DNA of 64,000 bases from an uncultured Verrucomicrobiae bacterium (GCA_963702845.1 OY969763.1:3840001-3904000), one strand, 5' to 3'; numbered from the stretch's first letter, positions 39,090-49,674 are shown. The notes: generated from the sequence alone by a model not told the origin. A program made the numbers and translations.

Positions 39090-39208
39090 TGGAGCCGCGC
39101 ATTGCGCTCCGGCGCCCATCGTCGCGATGGGTTGAGGCTTGCGCCTCGTCTGGAGTTTCGGCTGCAGGCGGCCCGGCACACGTCGTGCCGCCTAAAGGCG
39201 GGACTCCA
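39090..39208. repeat. Cluster of REP-like palindromes between ftsL and ftsI
   Basis: TGGAGTTTCGGCTGCAGGCGG (39151) pairs with CCGCCTAAAGGCGGGACTCCA (39188); additional GGAGC...GCTCC and CCCATCG...CGATGGG hairpins. Confidence 0.65.
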
Positions 39209-39356
39209 AACAACTACATCAACCAAGCGCCACATGCGCTTAGTTACCGGCCACCCGCGCCCGTTCAGGTCCTCCAACCGAACTAGGCGCGGGCAACCGG
39301 CAAAAATTCACTCTTCACTGTTCAGTATTCAGCTACTGAACACCTGAGACTGGACG

Positions 39357-39722
39357 CTAGTCTCGCTTCGCTAACTCTGTTGCATGAGTGTGCGAAGGTT
39401 GTTGCGTCTGAACCGGGCCGTCGACCAGACGAATCACTTGCGTCAGGGCCGGCGGACCGAGTCCTAAATTCAATTGTCGAACGCGCTCTTCCAACTTCAC
39501 CGGCGAGCACAAAGCCGCCAATTGATCGCGCCGGACTTTGTTTCCGCGTTCCAAATCAGCGAGATGGTTCTCCCGCTCCTTGATTTGATGGCCGAGCAGG
39601 CTGATCTGGTTCTTGTACCAGACATAACCCACTCCAGCCGTGACGAAGAAAGCACAGAGGAGCAGCGCCTTGATGACAGGCGCGAATCTCACTGCTGCAT
39701 CGCTTTTTCTGTTCTTCGCCAT
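39357..39722 (-). CDS. ftsL: Cell division protein FtsL-like
   Basis: Short cytoplasmic N-terminus, TM, coiled coil, L.SP..LE...RQLNLGL; position between rsmH and ftsI. Confidence 0.75.
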   Translation of the reverse strand: MAKNRKSDAAVRFAPVIKALLLCAFFVTAGVGYVWYKNQISLLGHQIKERENHLADLERGNKVRRDQLAALCSPVKLEERVRQLNLGLGPPALTQVIRLVDGPVQTQQPSHTHATELAKRD

Positions 39723-39734
39723 CTTCGTTCTTTT

Positions 39735-39803
39735 GTAGCGGCCGAGGTAATGAGGCTCGAATGTTCCTCCTGCAAGTCAGAGCCTTCTCACATCGGCTGC
39801 TAC
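39735..39803. repeat. GTAG-type REP doublet
   Basis: GTAGCGGCCGAGGTAATGAGGCTC ... GAGCCTTCTCACATCGGCTGCTAC; related half-site at 55336. Confidence 0.65.
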
Positions 39804-39807
39804 GAAT

Positions 39808-40728
39808 TCAAATTTTCTCAAATGCTCTCAGCTGCGCGCTTCTGCTTCGCGGATTATCATGCACTTCAGCTTCCGTCGGTTTAATTGCTTTCCGCGTCAA
39901 AATTTTCAATTGCGGTGGCACGGGCACGCGCAACTCCGGCACATCCACTTCGCCGGGGAATTCGTAACCCCGCGACAGATAGCGGCCGAATTCCTTCACC
40001 ACCCGGTCCTCCAACGAATGGAAAGTAATAACCGCCAACCTGCCGCCGGGTCGTAAAATCTTCATCGCACCCGCCAGGCCTCGTTTCAAAGAGCCAATTT
40101 CATCATTCACCGCGATGCGCAGAGCCTGGAAAACCTGCGTCGCCGGATGCGTCTTATGTCCTGCTCGCGGGGAAATACGTTCAATCAACTGCGCAAGCTG
40201 CCGTGTTGTTTGGAAGGGCCGATCGTGTTCAATTGCTTTCGCAATCCGCCGCGATTTCTCTTCGCCTCCGTATTCCCAAAAAATCTTTGCCAACTCCTCC
40301 GCGCCCGCCGTGTTCACCAGCTCGGCCGCGGTCATGCCTCGCGTTGGATCCATCCGCATGTCCAACGGTCCTTCCCCAACCAGGCTGAAACCGCGTGCGG
40401 CTTCACCCAATTGCAAAGAACTGATCCCCAAATCGAGCAGCACTCCATCCAACGTTCCCAGCTCAATCCAATCCGCTAAATCAGCGTAATTCCCCTGGCG
40501 CAGCTCAAACCTGCCCGCATACGACGACAACTTGCGGGTTGCCGCCTGCAGCGCGACGCCATCGCGATCGCATCCATACAGCCATCCAGTCGGCGAGCTT
40601 GCCTCCAGAATCGCTATGGCGTGTCCAGCTCCACCGACCGTTCCGTCTCCGTAACGGCCGGTGGAGTGGACTGCCATCACTGCCAGCACCTCCTTTAACA
40701 GCACTGGCTTGTGAAATAGTTCCGGCAC
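39808..40728 (-). CDS. rsmH: 16S rRNA m4C1402 methyltransferase
   Basis: HKPVLL, DGTVGGAGH, DLGISSLQL, PLDMRMD, FHSLEDR, NPRSRSAQLR. Confidence 0.96.
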   Translation of the reverse strand: MPELFHKPVLLKEVLAVMAVHSTGRYGDGTVGGAGHAIAILEASSPTGWLYGCDRDGVALQAATRKLSSYAGRFELRQGNYADLADWIELGTLDGVLLDLGISSLQLGEAARGFSLVGEGPLDMRMDPTRGMTAAELVNTAGAEELAKIFWEYGGEEKSRRIAKAIEHDRPFQTTRQLAQLIERISPRAGHKTHPATQVFQALRIAVNDEIGSLKRGLAGAMKILRPGGRLAVITFHSLEDRVVKEFGRYLSRGYEFPGEVDVPELRVPVPPQLKILTRKAIKPTEAEVHDNPRSRSAQLRAFEKI

Positions 40729-40758
40729 TTGGCATTTGTTACTCAGCTTTTTTCTGAG

Positions 40759-40877
40759 CCACAGAGACACAGAGCGTAAAGAGAACGTAAAACGTCACTA
40801 TTTTATTGGCCGTTCTCATTGACTCTGTGTCTCTATGGTTCATTCCTGCAAATCTCAAATCCAAATCTCAAATCTCG
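40759..40877. repeat. Inverted repeat CCACAGAGACACAGAG / CTCTGTGTCTCTATGG plus CAAATCT short tandem
   Basis: Arms at 40759-40774 and 40823-40838; CAAATC(T/C) x4 at 40849-40877. Confidence 0.75.
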
Positions 40878-40880
40878 AGT

Positions 40881-41855
40881 TCAGACACGCGCGATTAATT
40901 CCGGCGTAGGTTCCGTTTGCGGAGCATCCGCAGCGGAATTAATCGCGCTGTCCGTCTTCTTTGTGATTCCACGGCGGCTCGTCGCTGTCGTGGTTATCGC
41001 TTTTTCGGCCGTCGCTGTTTGTAGTTTCCCTGTCCCCACCTTAGCTTCGGCCGAGACCACCTCCAGGTCGGCGTCTAAAAGTTCATTGCGAATCGGGCGC
41101 ACGTTATCTAAAGCGAATTCGCCTTGGACCGCGGGTTGTGCGGCATTGCGTTTGCGTCCAAAAATAGCTTCGCGCAGCTTGGAAGGAACAGATTGGTTCA
41201 CTTCCGACTTGGCAGCCGAATGCAGGACGGGCGTTGCCGGCTTTACCACAACCGGGGCGCTCGCCTTCCTTTCAGTCATTCGCTTTTCGTAAGCGTCGGC
41301 AATTGGATTTGCTTCCGGTTTACCAGGGCAAGTGGCGCCAAAATTGGCCCGTTGTTGCAAATGCTGCGGAGCATCAGTAGCTGGCGCAGATGACTGAACA
41401 GAAACCGCCTCCGAAGAATGCGGCATTTCTCGGCGGAACGTGTTCGTCAGCTTCTCCAATACGGTCGGCTGGACTCTTTTGCCAAGCTCCTGATTGTCCG
41501 TAAAGACTTCGGCGGTTGGCTCACCGGCTTGCACAGTCGCGACGTGTCTCACCGCGTCCTGTTCGGGCAACCGCCGAAAAACCTGATAGCTTTTCTTTTC
41601 CGCAGAGCCACCAAAGGGCTGCGGCTCCTCCGGTTTCAACAACACACGTTTGGCCGCAGCTGCAAACTTCTTCAGCCACGAGGACACCGGATCCAAAACC
41701 GCTGAAGAAACCGAACTTGTCTGCGAAGTAACTGCCGGAGCGCCGGGCTTGCCGAAATTCGGCAACATCCCCGTCGTCTCCAGGTTGTAACCGGCCTGTC
41801 GGCGTTTCATACCGTTGAGCGCGTTACTAAATGATAGCAATTTTGGGAATTGCAT
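40881..41855 (-). CDS. Low-complexity hypothetical protein between mraZ and rsmH
   Basis: 324-aa ORF starting 4 nt after the mraZ stop; Ala/Pro/Thr/Lys-rich with an ordered-looking motif VQGEFALDNVRPIRNELLDADLEVV. Confidence 0.7.
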   Translation of the reverse strand: MQFPKLLSFSNALNGMKRRQAGYNLETTGMLPNFGKPGAPAVTSQTSSVSSAVLDPVSSWLKKFAAAAKRVLLKPEEPQPFGGSAEKKSYQVFRRLPEQDAVRHVATVQAGEPTAEVFTDNQELGKRVQPTVLEKLTNTFRREMPHSSEAVSVQSSAPATDAPQHLQQRANFGATCPGKPEANPIADAYEKRMTERKASAPVVVKPATPVLHSAAKSEVNQSVPSKLREAIFGRKRNAAQPAVQGEFALDNVRPIRNELLDADLEVVSAEAKVGTGKLQTATAEKAITTTATSRRGITKKTDSAINSAADAPQTEPTPELIARV

Positions 41856-41858
41856 AGG

Positions 41859-42323
41859 TTACTCCATTAACTCGAACGCCTGGGCCGACAGAACTTCGTC
41901 TGCCGCTTTCACTGCCTCGTGCGTCTTCGGATTCCAAATTTCAAATTTATCGAGCAGACCGACCATCACCACTTCATCGTCCGATTTGATGTTCGCCGCG
42001 TCTGCGAGGTCCTGCGGAACGCAAATACGCCCCGCACTGTCTAAAGCCACTTGGGCCGACTGACTGCCGATCTGGCGTTTCAATGAGCCGCGCTTATCAG
42101 CCGGCATCGCGTCCAGTTCAGCCATTAACTTGGCCATTTCGGTTGGAGGCAGGACTCTCAAACACACCCCCGCTTTGTGTCTTGGCCAAACAATGAGCGT
42201 AAATTCCGTGCCAGGCTTCGACGGGCGCCATTTAGACGGGATTTGCACACGTCGCTTCTCGTCCACCCCGTGGCGATATCGCGAATTGTATACGCAAATC
42301 TCATTTGTAGGTTCGGTAGCCAT
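41859..42323 (-). CDS. mraZ: Division/cell wall cluster transcriptional repressor MraZ
   Basis: Two AbrB-like repeats: VDEKRRVQIPSKWR and LDSAGRICVP; first gene of the dcw cluster. Confidence 0.9.
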   Translation of the reverse strand: MATEPTNEICVYNSRYRHGVDEKRRVQIPSKWRPSKPGTEFTLIVWPRHKAGVCLRVLPPTEMAKLMAELDAMPADKRGSLKRQIGSQSAQVALDSAGRICVPQDLADAANIKSDDEVVMVGLLDKFEIWNPKTHEAVKAADEVLSAQAFELME

Positions 42324-42336
42324 ATCGGCATTTACT

Positions 42337-42382
42337 CCACACTCTGCCCCACTTCACTACTTTCTGCCCCACCTTTATCCAC
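42337..42382 (-). promoter_or_regulatory. MraZ-box array (GTGG repeats)
   Basis: Minus strand GTGGATAAAG GTGGGGCAGA AAGTAGTGAA GTGGGGCAGA GTGTGG just upstream of mraZ. Confidence 0.75.
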
Positions 42383-42451
42383 GATACGACACTTTGCGTC
42401 AACTATTTTGTTATCAAAAAATCAGGAAATCTTATCCCCAAGTTATTCACA
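42375..42451 (+). promoter_or_regulatory. Three co-oriented DnaA-box-like 9-mers
   Basis: TTATCCACG 42375, TTATCCCCA 42432, TTATTCACA 42443. Confidence 0.5.
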
Positions 42452-42498
42452 ACCGATACTGGGGGAAAACCGATCAACTCGGCTTTTGGAAGTGAACT

Positions 42499-43425
42499 CT
42501 ACTTTTTCGGTCGGAAACCGGGCGGAAGATTGGATTTTGCGGCTAGTTCCGAGTCTTCCGCGACTGCGGGTGCAACAGAGGCTGTGGTTTCTTCTGCGGC
42601 AGATTCGACAGCAACAGCTTCTTCCGGCAAACCCAATTTTTGGCGAGCTTTTTTCGCAGCCGACGTTTGCGGATGCTCGGAGGTGATGCGGTGGAGCAGC
42701 GCCTGCATTTTATCCTGCTGGCCCAGCTTTGCGTAGATATTACACAGATGAATCGCAGCTTTACCCCAATGTTCCGGCGGCAATTTCTGTTTTATCACTT
42801 CTTCGTATTCGAGTGCCGCGGCGAGCGGGTTCTTGAGATCTTTCTCGTAAATTTCAGCGATGCGCAAGGCAACGTATTGTTCGCGCGGATTTTTCTTCAA
42901 GTAATCGCGCATGAGCTGAATTGCCTCGAGATGATTGCCGTTGGCCCATACTTGCTCGGCGTGTTCGTATTCGGGATCGCGCTGGCCTTCGCCGTTGTCG
43001 TTGAATAGAAAATCGACCGCTTGGTTTCCCATGTATTGGGTCACGTCGTAGGCTATCAACAGCCCGAGCAATATCGCACTGATGATAAACGCGGCCAGAG
43101 AACCCATAACGGAACCACCAGTGGCATGTGTAGCAACTTTTGTCTCGTCGTGTGATGCTTTCTTGGATGCGGCATTGGTCGCCGATGGTTGATTCGTAGT
43201 TTGAGCGGCGGCCACGATGTTGGTTGTGCCGTCCGCATTCGTCGTGACGCTAGTCGTGTTAGTGTCGGCGACCGCGTTCGTTGGTTCTACCACAACAACA
43301 TTCGTTTCATCGATGGGCGCCCGGGCGATAGGCATGCTCTTGTAATTGTGATAGAAGCCATAGGCGAACCAGATGACCAGGAACACCAATACCGGATATA
43401 GGTATAATTTGAGCTTCTCGAGCAT
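42499..43425 (-). CDS. Membrane protein with TPR-like C-terminal domain
   Basis: Two TM segments around a Thr/Asn-rich linker; helical repeats (EAIQLMRDYLKKNP, IAEIYEKDL). Confidence 0.7.
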   Translation of the reverse strand: MLEKLKLYLYPVLVFLVIWFAYGFYHNYKSMPIARAPIDETNVVVVEPTNAVADTNTTSVTTNADGTTNIVAAAQTTNQPSATNAASKKASHDETKVATHATGGSVMGSLAAFIISAILLGLLIAYDVTQYMGNQAVDFLFNDNGEGQRDPEYEHAEQVWANGNHLEAIQLMRDYLKKNPREQYVALRIAEIYEKDLKNPLAAALEYEEVIKQKLPPEHWGKAAIHLCNIYAKLGQQDKMQALLHRITSEHPQTSAAKKARQKLGLPEEAVAVESAAEETTASVAPAVAEDSELAAKSNLPPGFRPKK

Positions 43426-43496
43426 GTGCTGTCTGTAAATGAAACAACATTTTGAAAAAACACAAAGGGTTTTTCGACGCACACCCCCCACTGGCA

Positions 43497-43528
43497 AAAT
43501 CCGAAATCCGAAATTCGAAGCACGAAAT
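43497..43528. repeat. 7-bp tandem repeat (AAATCCG-like)
   Basis: AAATCCG AAATCCG AAATTCG AAGCACG AAAT. Confidence 0.7.
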
Positions 43529-43579
43529 GATGAATTTTAGGTTAGAGAGTCGCCATCTTGTCTCGTACATTCCCAGTGA

Positions 43580-44638
43580 GTGCGCACCGCCGATTTTAAC
43601 TTTGAATTACCGCCAGAATTGATCGCGCAAAAGCCAATGCCGGCGCGCGACCAGTCGAGACTTTGTGTGCTGGACCACAAAACAGGCGAGATTCTGCATC
43701 GCCGCTTCCCTGATTTGCTCGAATATTTGAAAGCAGGCGATGTGCTGGTGCTGAACGACTCGCGGGTCATCCCTGCACGGCTGCGGGCCGTGAACCCGAA
43801 AACGGGTGGGCATTTTGAAGTGCTGCTTCTAGAAGAAGTCTCACCGAACAATTGGTGGGCGATGATGAAACCGGGCAAACGCGCTCCAATTGGCACACGG
43901 ATACAACTGCTCGATCTACAAAAACAGCCCACGCCGATCGAGGCGGTCGTGGAAGAAGTGAACAGCGAAGGCCATCGCCGCCTGCGTTTCGAGCACACGC
44001 CAAATATTCTGAACGAGCTCGATCGACTCGGCGAAGTGCCAGTGCCGCCATATATTGAACGCGCGGCGCCACAGTCCGAAGATCGCGAGCGATATCAAAC
44101 AGTTTACGCGCATGACGCGGGTTCAGTGGCAGCGCCGACTGCCGGCCTGCATTTTACCAACGAACTGCTAGAACGAGTTCGAGAGCGCGGGGTCAAAGTC
44201 TGTTTCGTCACATTGCACGTTGGCCTGGGCACATTCGCGCCGGTTAAAGCCGATAGCTTGGAAGAGCACATCATGCACGAGGAGCGGTTCAACATCAGTC
44301 CAGAGAGTGCTGAATTAATTAATGCGAGCGAACGCGTGGTTGCAGTGGGAACGACCACCCTTCGGGTCCTGGAAAGCGTCGCGCAACAAAACAATGGCAA
44401 CACTGTTCCGGGAAACGGCAGAACGAGAATTTTTATTTTCCCACCGTTTGAATTCAAAGTCGTGGACGCGCTCGTCACCAACTTCCATCTCCCCAGCTCC
44501 ACATTATTGATGTTAGTCAGCGCCTTTGCAGCACCCACGGAGACGCGCGGACGCAATTTGATGATGGGAACTTATGAAGAAGCGATTCGCGAACGTTACC
44601 GTTTTTTCAGTTACGGAGATGCGATGCTGATTAAGTGA
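43580..44638 (+). CDS. queA: S-adenosylmethionine:tRNA ribosyltransferase-isomerase
   Basis: LPPELIAQ, ERYQTVYA, AAPTAGLHFT, TLHVGLGTF, TNFHLP, YRFFSYGDAM. Confidence 0.97.
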   Translation: MRTADFNFELPPELIAQKPMPARDQSRLCVLDHKTGEILHRRFPDLLEYLKAGDVLVLNDSRVIPARLRAVNPKTGGHFEVLLLEEVSPNNWWAMMKPGKRAPIGTRIQLLDLQKQPTPIEAVVEEVNSEGHRRLRFEHTPNILNELDRLGEVPVPPYIERAAPQSEDRERYQTVYAHDAGSVAAPTAGLHFTNELLERVRERGVKVCFVTLHVGLGTFAPVKADSLEEHIMHEERFNISPESAELINASERVVAVGTTTLRVLESVAQQNNGNTVPGNGRTRIFIFPPFEFKVVDALVTNFHLPSSTLLMLVSAFAAPTETRGRNLMMGTYEEAIRERYRFFSYGDAMLIK

Positions 44639-45188
44639 TTGTCTCGGGACCCGAAAGCTTTTCATCAGCCTCAACTCGTCGCGCCATCAACCAGAGCACG
44701 TCAGATAATCGGTTTAGGAAAACGATTATCTCCGGGTTTTCCAGAGACTTGTTTTCATGCAAATGACACGCTTGCCTCTCTGCGCGACGGCACATGGTGC
44801 GAGCGACATCCAACGCAGCGGATGACGGGTTTTTGCCGGGAATAACCCAATCGTTGAAAACCAAACCGGCGCCTTCGAGTTCTTTCGCGAACGTGTCCAA
44901 CTTGGCAGTCATGCTTGTAGTCACAACAGAAAACCCGTCCTTCTTAAATCGTTCGAGGTCCTCTGTTTTGGTGGCGAGTTCGCCCATGAGTGCGATGAGA
45001 TCTTTTTGAACAGAAAAAATTCGCTCGGCAATGTACGGGCTGTTCGTGAGAGAGCGCGCCATTCCGAGAGCCGAGGTTAATTCGTCCACCGCGCCGTAAG
45101 CTTCAACGCGCGGATCACATTTTGAGACGCGGCGATTATACATCAAACCTGTGTCCCCTTTGTCGCCGGTCCTGGTAACGATACTCAT
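44631..45188 (-). CDS. ATP:cob(I)alamin adenosyltransferase (PduO-type)
   Basis: TRTGDKGDT, AYGAVDEL, ARTMCRRAER, LNRLSD. Confidence 0.92.
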   Translation of the reverse strand: MSIVTRTGDKGDTGLMYNRRVSKCDPRVEAYGAVDELTSALGMARSLTNSPYIAERIFSVQKDLIALMGELATKTEDLERFKKDGFSVVTTSMTAKLDTFAKELEGAGLVFNDWVIPGKNPSSAALDVARTMCRRAERQACHLHENKSLENPEIIVFLNRLSDVLWLMARRVEADEKLSGPETIT

Positions 45189-45285
45189 AAACGAATGCTA
45201 AGACTAAATTCTAAACGCTAAAGCGCGAAACTTGTATACAGAATTTTTCTTTAGCCTTTTACCTTTAGGCTTTAGGGTTCGCTCG

Positions 45286-45870
45286 ATGACAACTGCCAAC
45301 AAAGTCACGATCATTCGGATTTTGCTGGTCCCGTTTTTCATTGTCCAGGTCATCTACTACAATCGCACGGGCAACGCGGTGAATTGGTATTGCGCAATCG
45401 CCTCGTTTTTTGCCGCAGCGGTCGCTGATGGCATCGATGGCTACATTGCGCGCCATTTCAATCAACGCAGCGAACTCGGCGCAATTCTCGATCCGCTTGC
45501 TGACAAACTATTGCTCGTATCGGGAATTATTCTGTTGAGCATGGAGACCCGCTATTTCGTGCGGATTCCAATTTATCTCACCGCGACGGTCATCAGCCGT
45601 GATGTCATCCTGTTGATTGGAATGGCGATTATTCATTACACGGGGACAAAATTTTCCGTGCGCCCGCATTTGACCGGCAAAATTGCGACGGTTCTGCAGA
45701 TGGCGACGGTGCTGTGGACTTTGATAAAACTAAATCCAACCGTCCTGCCCTACATCACAATCCCGGCGGCTGTCTTTACGGGCGTTTCAGGGCTGATATA
45801 TGTTATCGATGGCATGTCGCACTTGAACACGCATCCATCAAGCGGCCCGACGCCGCCGAATCCAGCATGA
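45286..45870 (+). CDS. pgsA: CDP-alcohol phosphatidyltransferase (PgsA-like)
   Basis: [17 protein letters not shown]...[11 protein letters not shown]. Confidence 0.85.
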   Translation: MTTANKVTIIRILLVPFFIVQVIYYNRTGNAVNWYCAIASFFAAAVADGIDGYIARHFNQRSELGAILDPLADKLLLVSGIILLSMETRYFVRIPIYLTATVISRDVILLIGMAIIHYTGTKFSVRPHLTGKIATVLQMATVLWTLIKLNPTVLPYITIPAAVFTGVSGLIYVIDGMSHLNTHPSSGPTPPNPA

Positions 45871-45905
45871 ACCGGATTACTATTTCCGATGTTATTATCC
45901 ATTTT

Positions 45906-46373
45906 ATGAGTCCAAACATTACGCTCAAAGAAGGCGACCCGGCTCCCGATTTCACTGCGCCAACCAACGGCGGCAGAACAATCAAGTTGTCGGATTTTCG
46001 CGGCAAAAACGTCGTGCTTTATTTTTATCCGAAAGACGACACGCCGGGATGCACGACGGAAGCGTGCAGTTTTCGTGATAACTTAAGCGACCTCACCAGG
46101 CGCGACGTCGTGGTTCTCGGTGTCAGCACCGATTCAGCGAAGTCGCACGACAAGTTTGTTGAAAAATTCAAACTTCCGTTTCCGCTTGTCTCGGACGAAT
46201 CGAAACAAATTGTCGAAGCTTACAATGCGTGGGGTGAGAAAAGTTTCATGGGGCGCAAATACATGGGCACACATCGCATCACGTTTCTAATCGCGCCTGA
46301 TGGAAAGATTAAGAAGATTTGGCCCAAAGTGAAACCTGCCGAGCACGTGGCCGAAATTCTGGAAGCTTTGTAA
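45906..46373 (+). CDS. bcp: Thioredoxin-dependent peroxiredoxin BCP
   Basis: [17 protein letters not shown]. Confidence 0.93.
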   Translation: MSPNITLKEGDPAPDFTAPTNGGRTIKLSDFRGKNVVLYFYPKDDTPGCTTEACSFRDNLSDLTRRDVVVLGVSTDSAKSHDKFVEKFKLPFPLVSDESKQIVEAYNAWGEKSFMGRKYMGTHRITFLIAPDGKIKKIWPKVKPAEHVAEILEAL

Positions 46374-46375
46374 CT

Positions 46376-46445
46376 AACGCAAAGCCGTGAAAATCGCAAA
46401 GGCGCAAAGGACGAGTAGATCACTCGTTTTTGCGCCTTTGCATCA
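46376..46445. repeat. CGCAAAG / CTTTGCG inverted short-repeat element; related tract at 49648-49672
   Basis: AACGCAAAG...CGCAAAGGCGCAAAG ... TTTTGCGCCTTTGCA. Confidence 0.6.
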
Positions 46446-46449
46446 AAAA

Positions 46450-48322
46450 CTAAACCGGCGCAGGTTGTTCGACGGGCGCTTCAGGTGCAGTAGCAGGAGC
46501 CTCAGCCGTCTTGAAAGCCGCAATCGCATCGATGCGAAGGCGCTTCGTGGCGGAATCGGATTGCACTTCGACTTCTTCGCCGACCTTATGGCCGATCAAC
46601 GACTGCGCCACAGGGGTCAAATAGCTGATGACGCCTTTGTCAGGATCCGAATCCCATGCCCCGAGAACCGTGTATTTCTCCGCATGATTTTGTTCCAGGT
46701 CGGTAACATTGACGATCGTACCGATGCTGACCACGTCAGTCTTGGCGTTGCTGAAATCTGTTCCACGCGCGCGCACGAGTTGTGATTCCAACTCGGATTT
46801 GCGGCGCATGAGAATCTTCTGCATTTCCTTGGCCGCTTTGTATTCGTGGTTTTCGCGCAAGTCGCCGTAACTGCGGGCGATGGCGATTTCCTTTGAGTTC
46901 GCCGGAATCGCTTTTTGCACCAGCTCGGCATACTCGTTTTTGCGGCGTTCGAGACTTTCCCACGAAACCTGATAGGTCGTTTCCTGTTTGGTCGCCTCGC
47001 CAGAAATCATCGACTGCATCGCTGGATAGCTCTTCACGATACGTGCCAGCAATGAGCGCTTGTCCATATCGTCGAAGCACGGCGACAGTTGCAGTGCGCG
47101 GGTCAAATCTTTGATCACTTCGAGATCAGCCGATCCGATGAGTTCAACCAACAAAGTCGAATCATCTAAAATAAAATCGCGCAGCTTGTTGGAACGCTTT
47201 TCATTGAATTGATCGCGTTCCATGGCTGTAAGCATGGCGCGGAACACTTCAGGCCCGAGGATATCAGCGTATGTGTCGGAGCGTTCTTTCGCCAACCAGA
47301 GCAACAAGTCGCTGCTGGCCTGGTGTTGGCTGATCAAACGCGAAAGTAATTCTTTAAGGCGGTCCAATTTACCACCTTCGATCAGCGCGTCGGACATTTC
47401 GGTGGCGAGCTTGGTGGAGACATTGTTCAGCGCCCCAACCAAAGAGTCATCCCACTGAGGAGTCGCACTTTTGAACGATAGCAAAGATCGACGATGTTTC
47501 GCGCCGGGGATTGCTTCGAGCAAATGCCCCATCTTACGCATTTCCTGCTGCCAAATTTGGGCTGGAAGTGATTTCGCCTTCAGCGGCCGGCAGGCTTGCA
47601 GCTTCGCGAATGTCGTCGCGAACGAAAATCGCTTCGAGCGCGACAGATGGTTGCGTACGTTGATGGGTTGCTATTTCCGCGTTCAACGCCGCAATCACTT
47701 CCTTAGACACCACAGGCTTGTCGTTCAGATCCGAAAAATTGCGCAGAATTTCGTGTGCGACCGTGTGACGCGCCTTCAAACCTTTGGCAGCGCGGAATTC
47801 GGTCAGCAAACGGTCCTGCAGTGAAGTTTCCTTCACCTGATAAATGATCGGCTCGGACTTCTTGAGCGGCACCTGAAAATGGCCGTCTTTCTTCAGTTCA
47901 CGCTTCGCTGCTTCCCACCACTTCTTCCAATCATCTTTAATGACGTCAGGAACGAGGACCTGCTGAATCTGGTCCACCGTTGCTCTACCGTTGAAGCTTT
48001 GCAGAACTAATTTGATCAAATCGAGATGGTGCAAGGCTGCCATTTGGCGAAGATTTTCAATATCAGCAACTTTGCGCGCGTAAATGTGATCCTTGGAAAT
48101 GGGTTTGAGAGATTCGGCAGCGAACGCCAAATCCATCTTGTGACCCTTTTTCGTTTGAAAATCGATGACGAACTGGCCAAATACCGCATCAACCGTGGTG
48201 ATTTTTCCGAAACCCCAACTGCGATGCCAGCAATAGCCGTTATCGGTCAGCTGCAGCAGCGCGTCCATTTGGGGTCGGGAAATTTTTCCAGTGGCAACCA
48301 GCTTATCAAATTCTTCTTTCAT
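46450..48322 (-). CDS. greA: Long-form transcription elongation factor GreA with large N-terminal extension, 1-nt frameshift near 47563
   Basis: C-terminal ARSYGDLRENHEYKAAKE and ISYLTPVAQSL; N-terminal YCWHRSWGFGKI; frames join as ...EITS/AQIWQQEMRK. Confidence 0.88.
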
Positions 48323-48364
48323 TGAAATGTTCTCAGATCCCATATAGTCAGTTATTATTACGTA

Positions 48365-49636
48365 GTGAGTCTGCAAAAACCAAGAGAAATTGCCGCGCGC
48401 GTGCTTAAGCGCCGTCGTAGCGTGCACGAATACATCGAACGACTGCTCGAACTCGAACTCGGCGAGCTCGCGCCCGAAGATCGCGCGCTTTGCCAGGAAC
48501 TCGTCTACGGCGTCGTGCGCTGGCAAAAAACACTCGATTGGCTCATCGGCCGAAAAACCGGCGGCCGCGAGCAAATTCCCTTAGTTCACATTCTGCTGCA
48601 ATTGGGACTTTATCAACTTTTCTGGTTGGAACGCGTGCCCGACCACGCCGCCGTCCACGAGACGATTGAAATGGCAAAGAACATGCGCTTGGAGGCGAAG
48701 GCCGGGTTCATGAATGCCGTGTTGCGCGGTTACACCCGGGAACGCGACGAAACCCGAGCCGCGCTGGAAGCAATTGAAACAAACCGATCCCGCCATCGGA
48801 TATTCGCAACCCGATTGGTTCGTCGAACGCTGGCAACAGCGCTTTGGCAAAGAAAAAACGATCGCACTGCTCGAATGGAACAACACGCCCCCGCCGACTT
48901 TTGCGCGCATCAACACATTGAAAGCTGATGCGCGAAAGATAACACAACTGTGGGATTCGGAGCGCGTCATTTACAAAGCCGTCGAACGCGATTGGCTTGG
49001 CACCGACGAAATTTTCGAGCTGGAATCGCACCCATCGCTGAAAACGCTTCGCACATTCCAGGAAGGAATGTTTTATGTCCAGGACCCAAGCACGTTGCTC
49101 GCGGTTGCAGCTTTAGATGCGAAGCCCAGCGAACACGTGCTCGATTTCTGCTCCGCCCCTGGTGGCAAAACAACCTTCATTGCTCAGCGCATGGGCAACA
49201 CTGGCGAAGTCGTCGCCGAAGATGTCGATGCCGAACGCCTGAAATTGGTTGTAGAAAACTGCGACCGCCTCGGCGTGACCTGCGTTGCCACGAGCTCCGC
49301 CACGAAACAGTTTGACCGAATTCTCATCGATGCGCCCTGCTCCAACACCGGCGTGTTACGTCGCCGCGTGGAATTGCGTTGGCGAATTCAAGCCGAGGAA
49401 ATCACGCGTTTGCGCGAAACTGCAACTTTCCATTTTGGGCGATCGCCATCCAACGACTTAAGCCCGGTGGCACGCTCGTTTACAGCACGTGCAGTCTCGA
49501 ACCCGAGGAAAACCAGGAAGTGATCAAATCATTTCTCGCGAAGAACCGGATGTTCACCTTGCAAAACGAACGCCAATTCCTGCCGTTCGAAGATCAAGTT
49601 GACGGCGCGTATGTAGCAACTTTGAAGGCGAAATGA
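48365..49636 (+). CDS. rsmB: 16S rRNA m5C967 methyltransferase RsmB/Sun, several indels (near 48767 and 49418-49437)
   Basis: NusB-like N-terminus (ELVYGVVRW, GFMNAVLR), VQDPS, DFCSAPGGKT, DAPCSNTG, YSTCSLEPEEN across three ORFs. Confidence 0.9.
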
Positions 49637-49674
49637 TCCTGTGAATCTTTGCGTCCTTTGCGTCTTTGCGTTGA

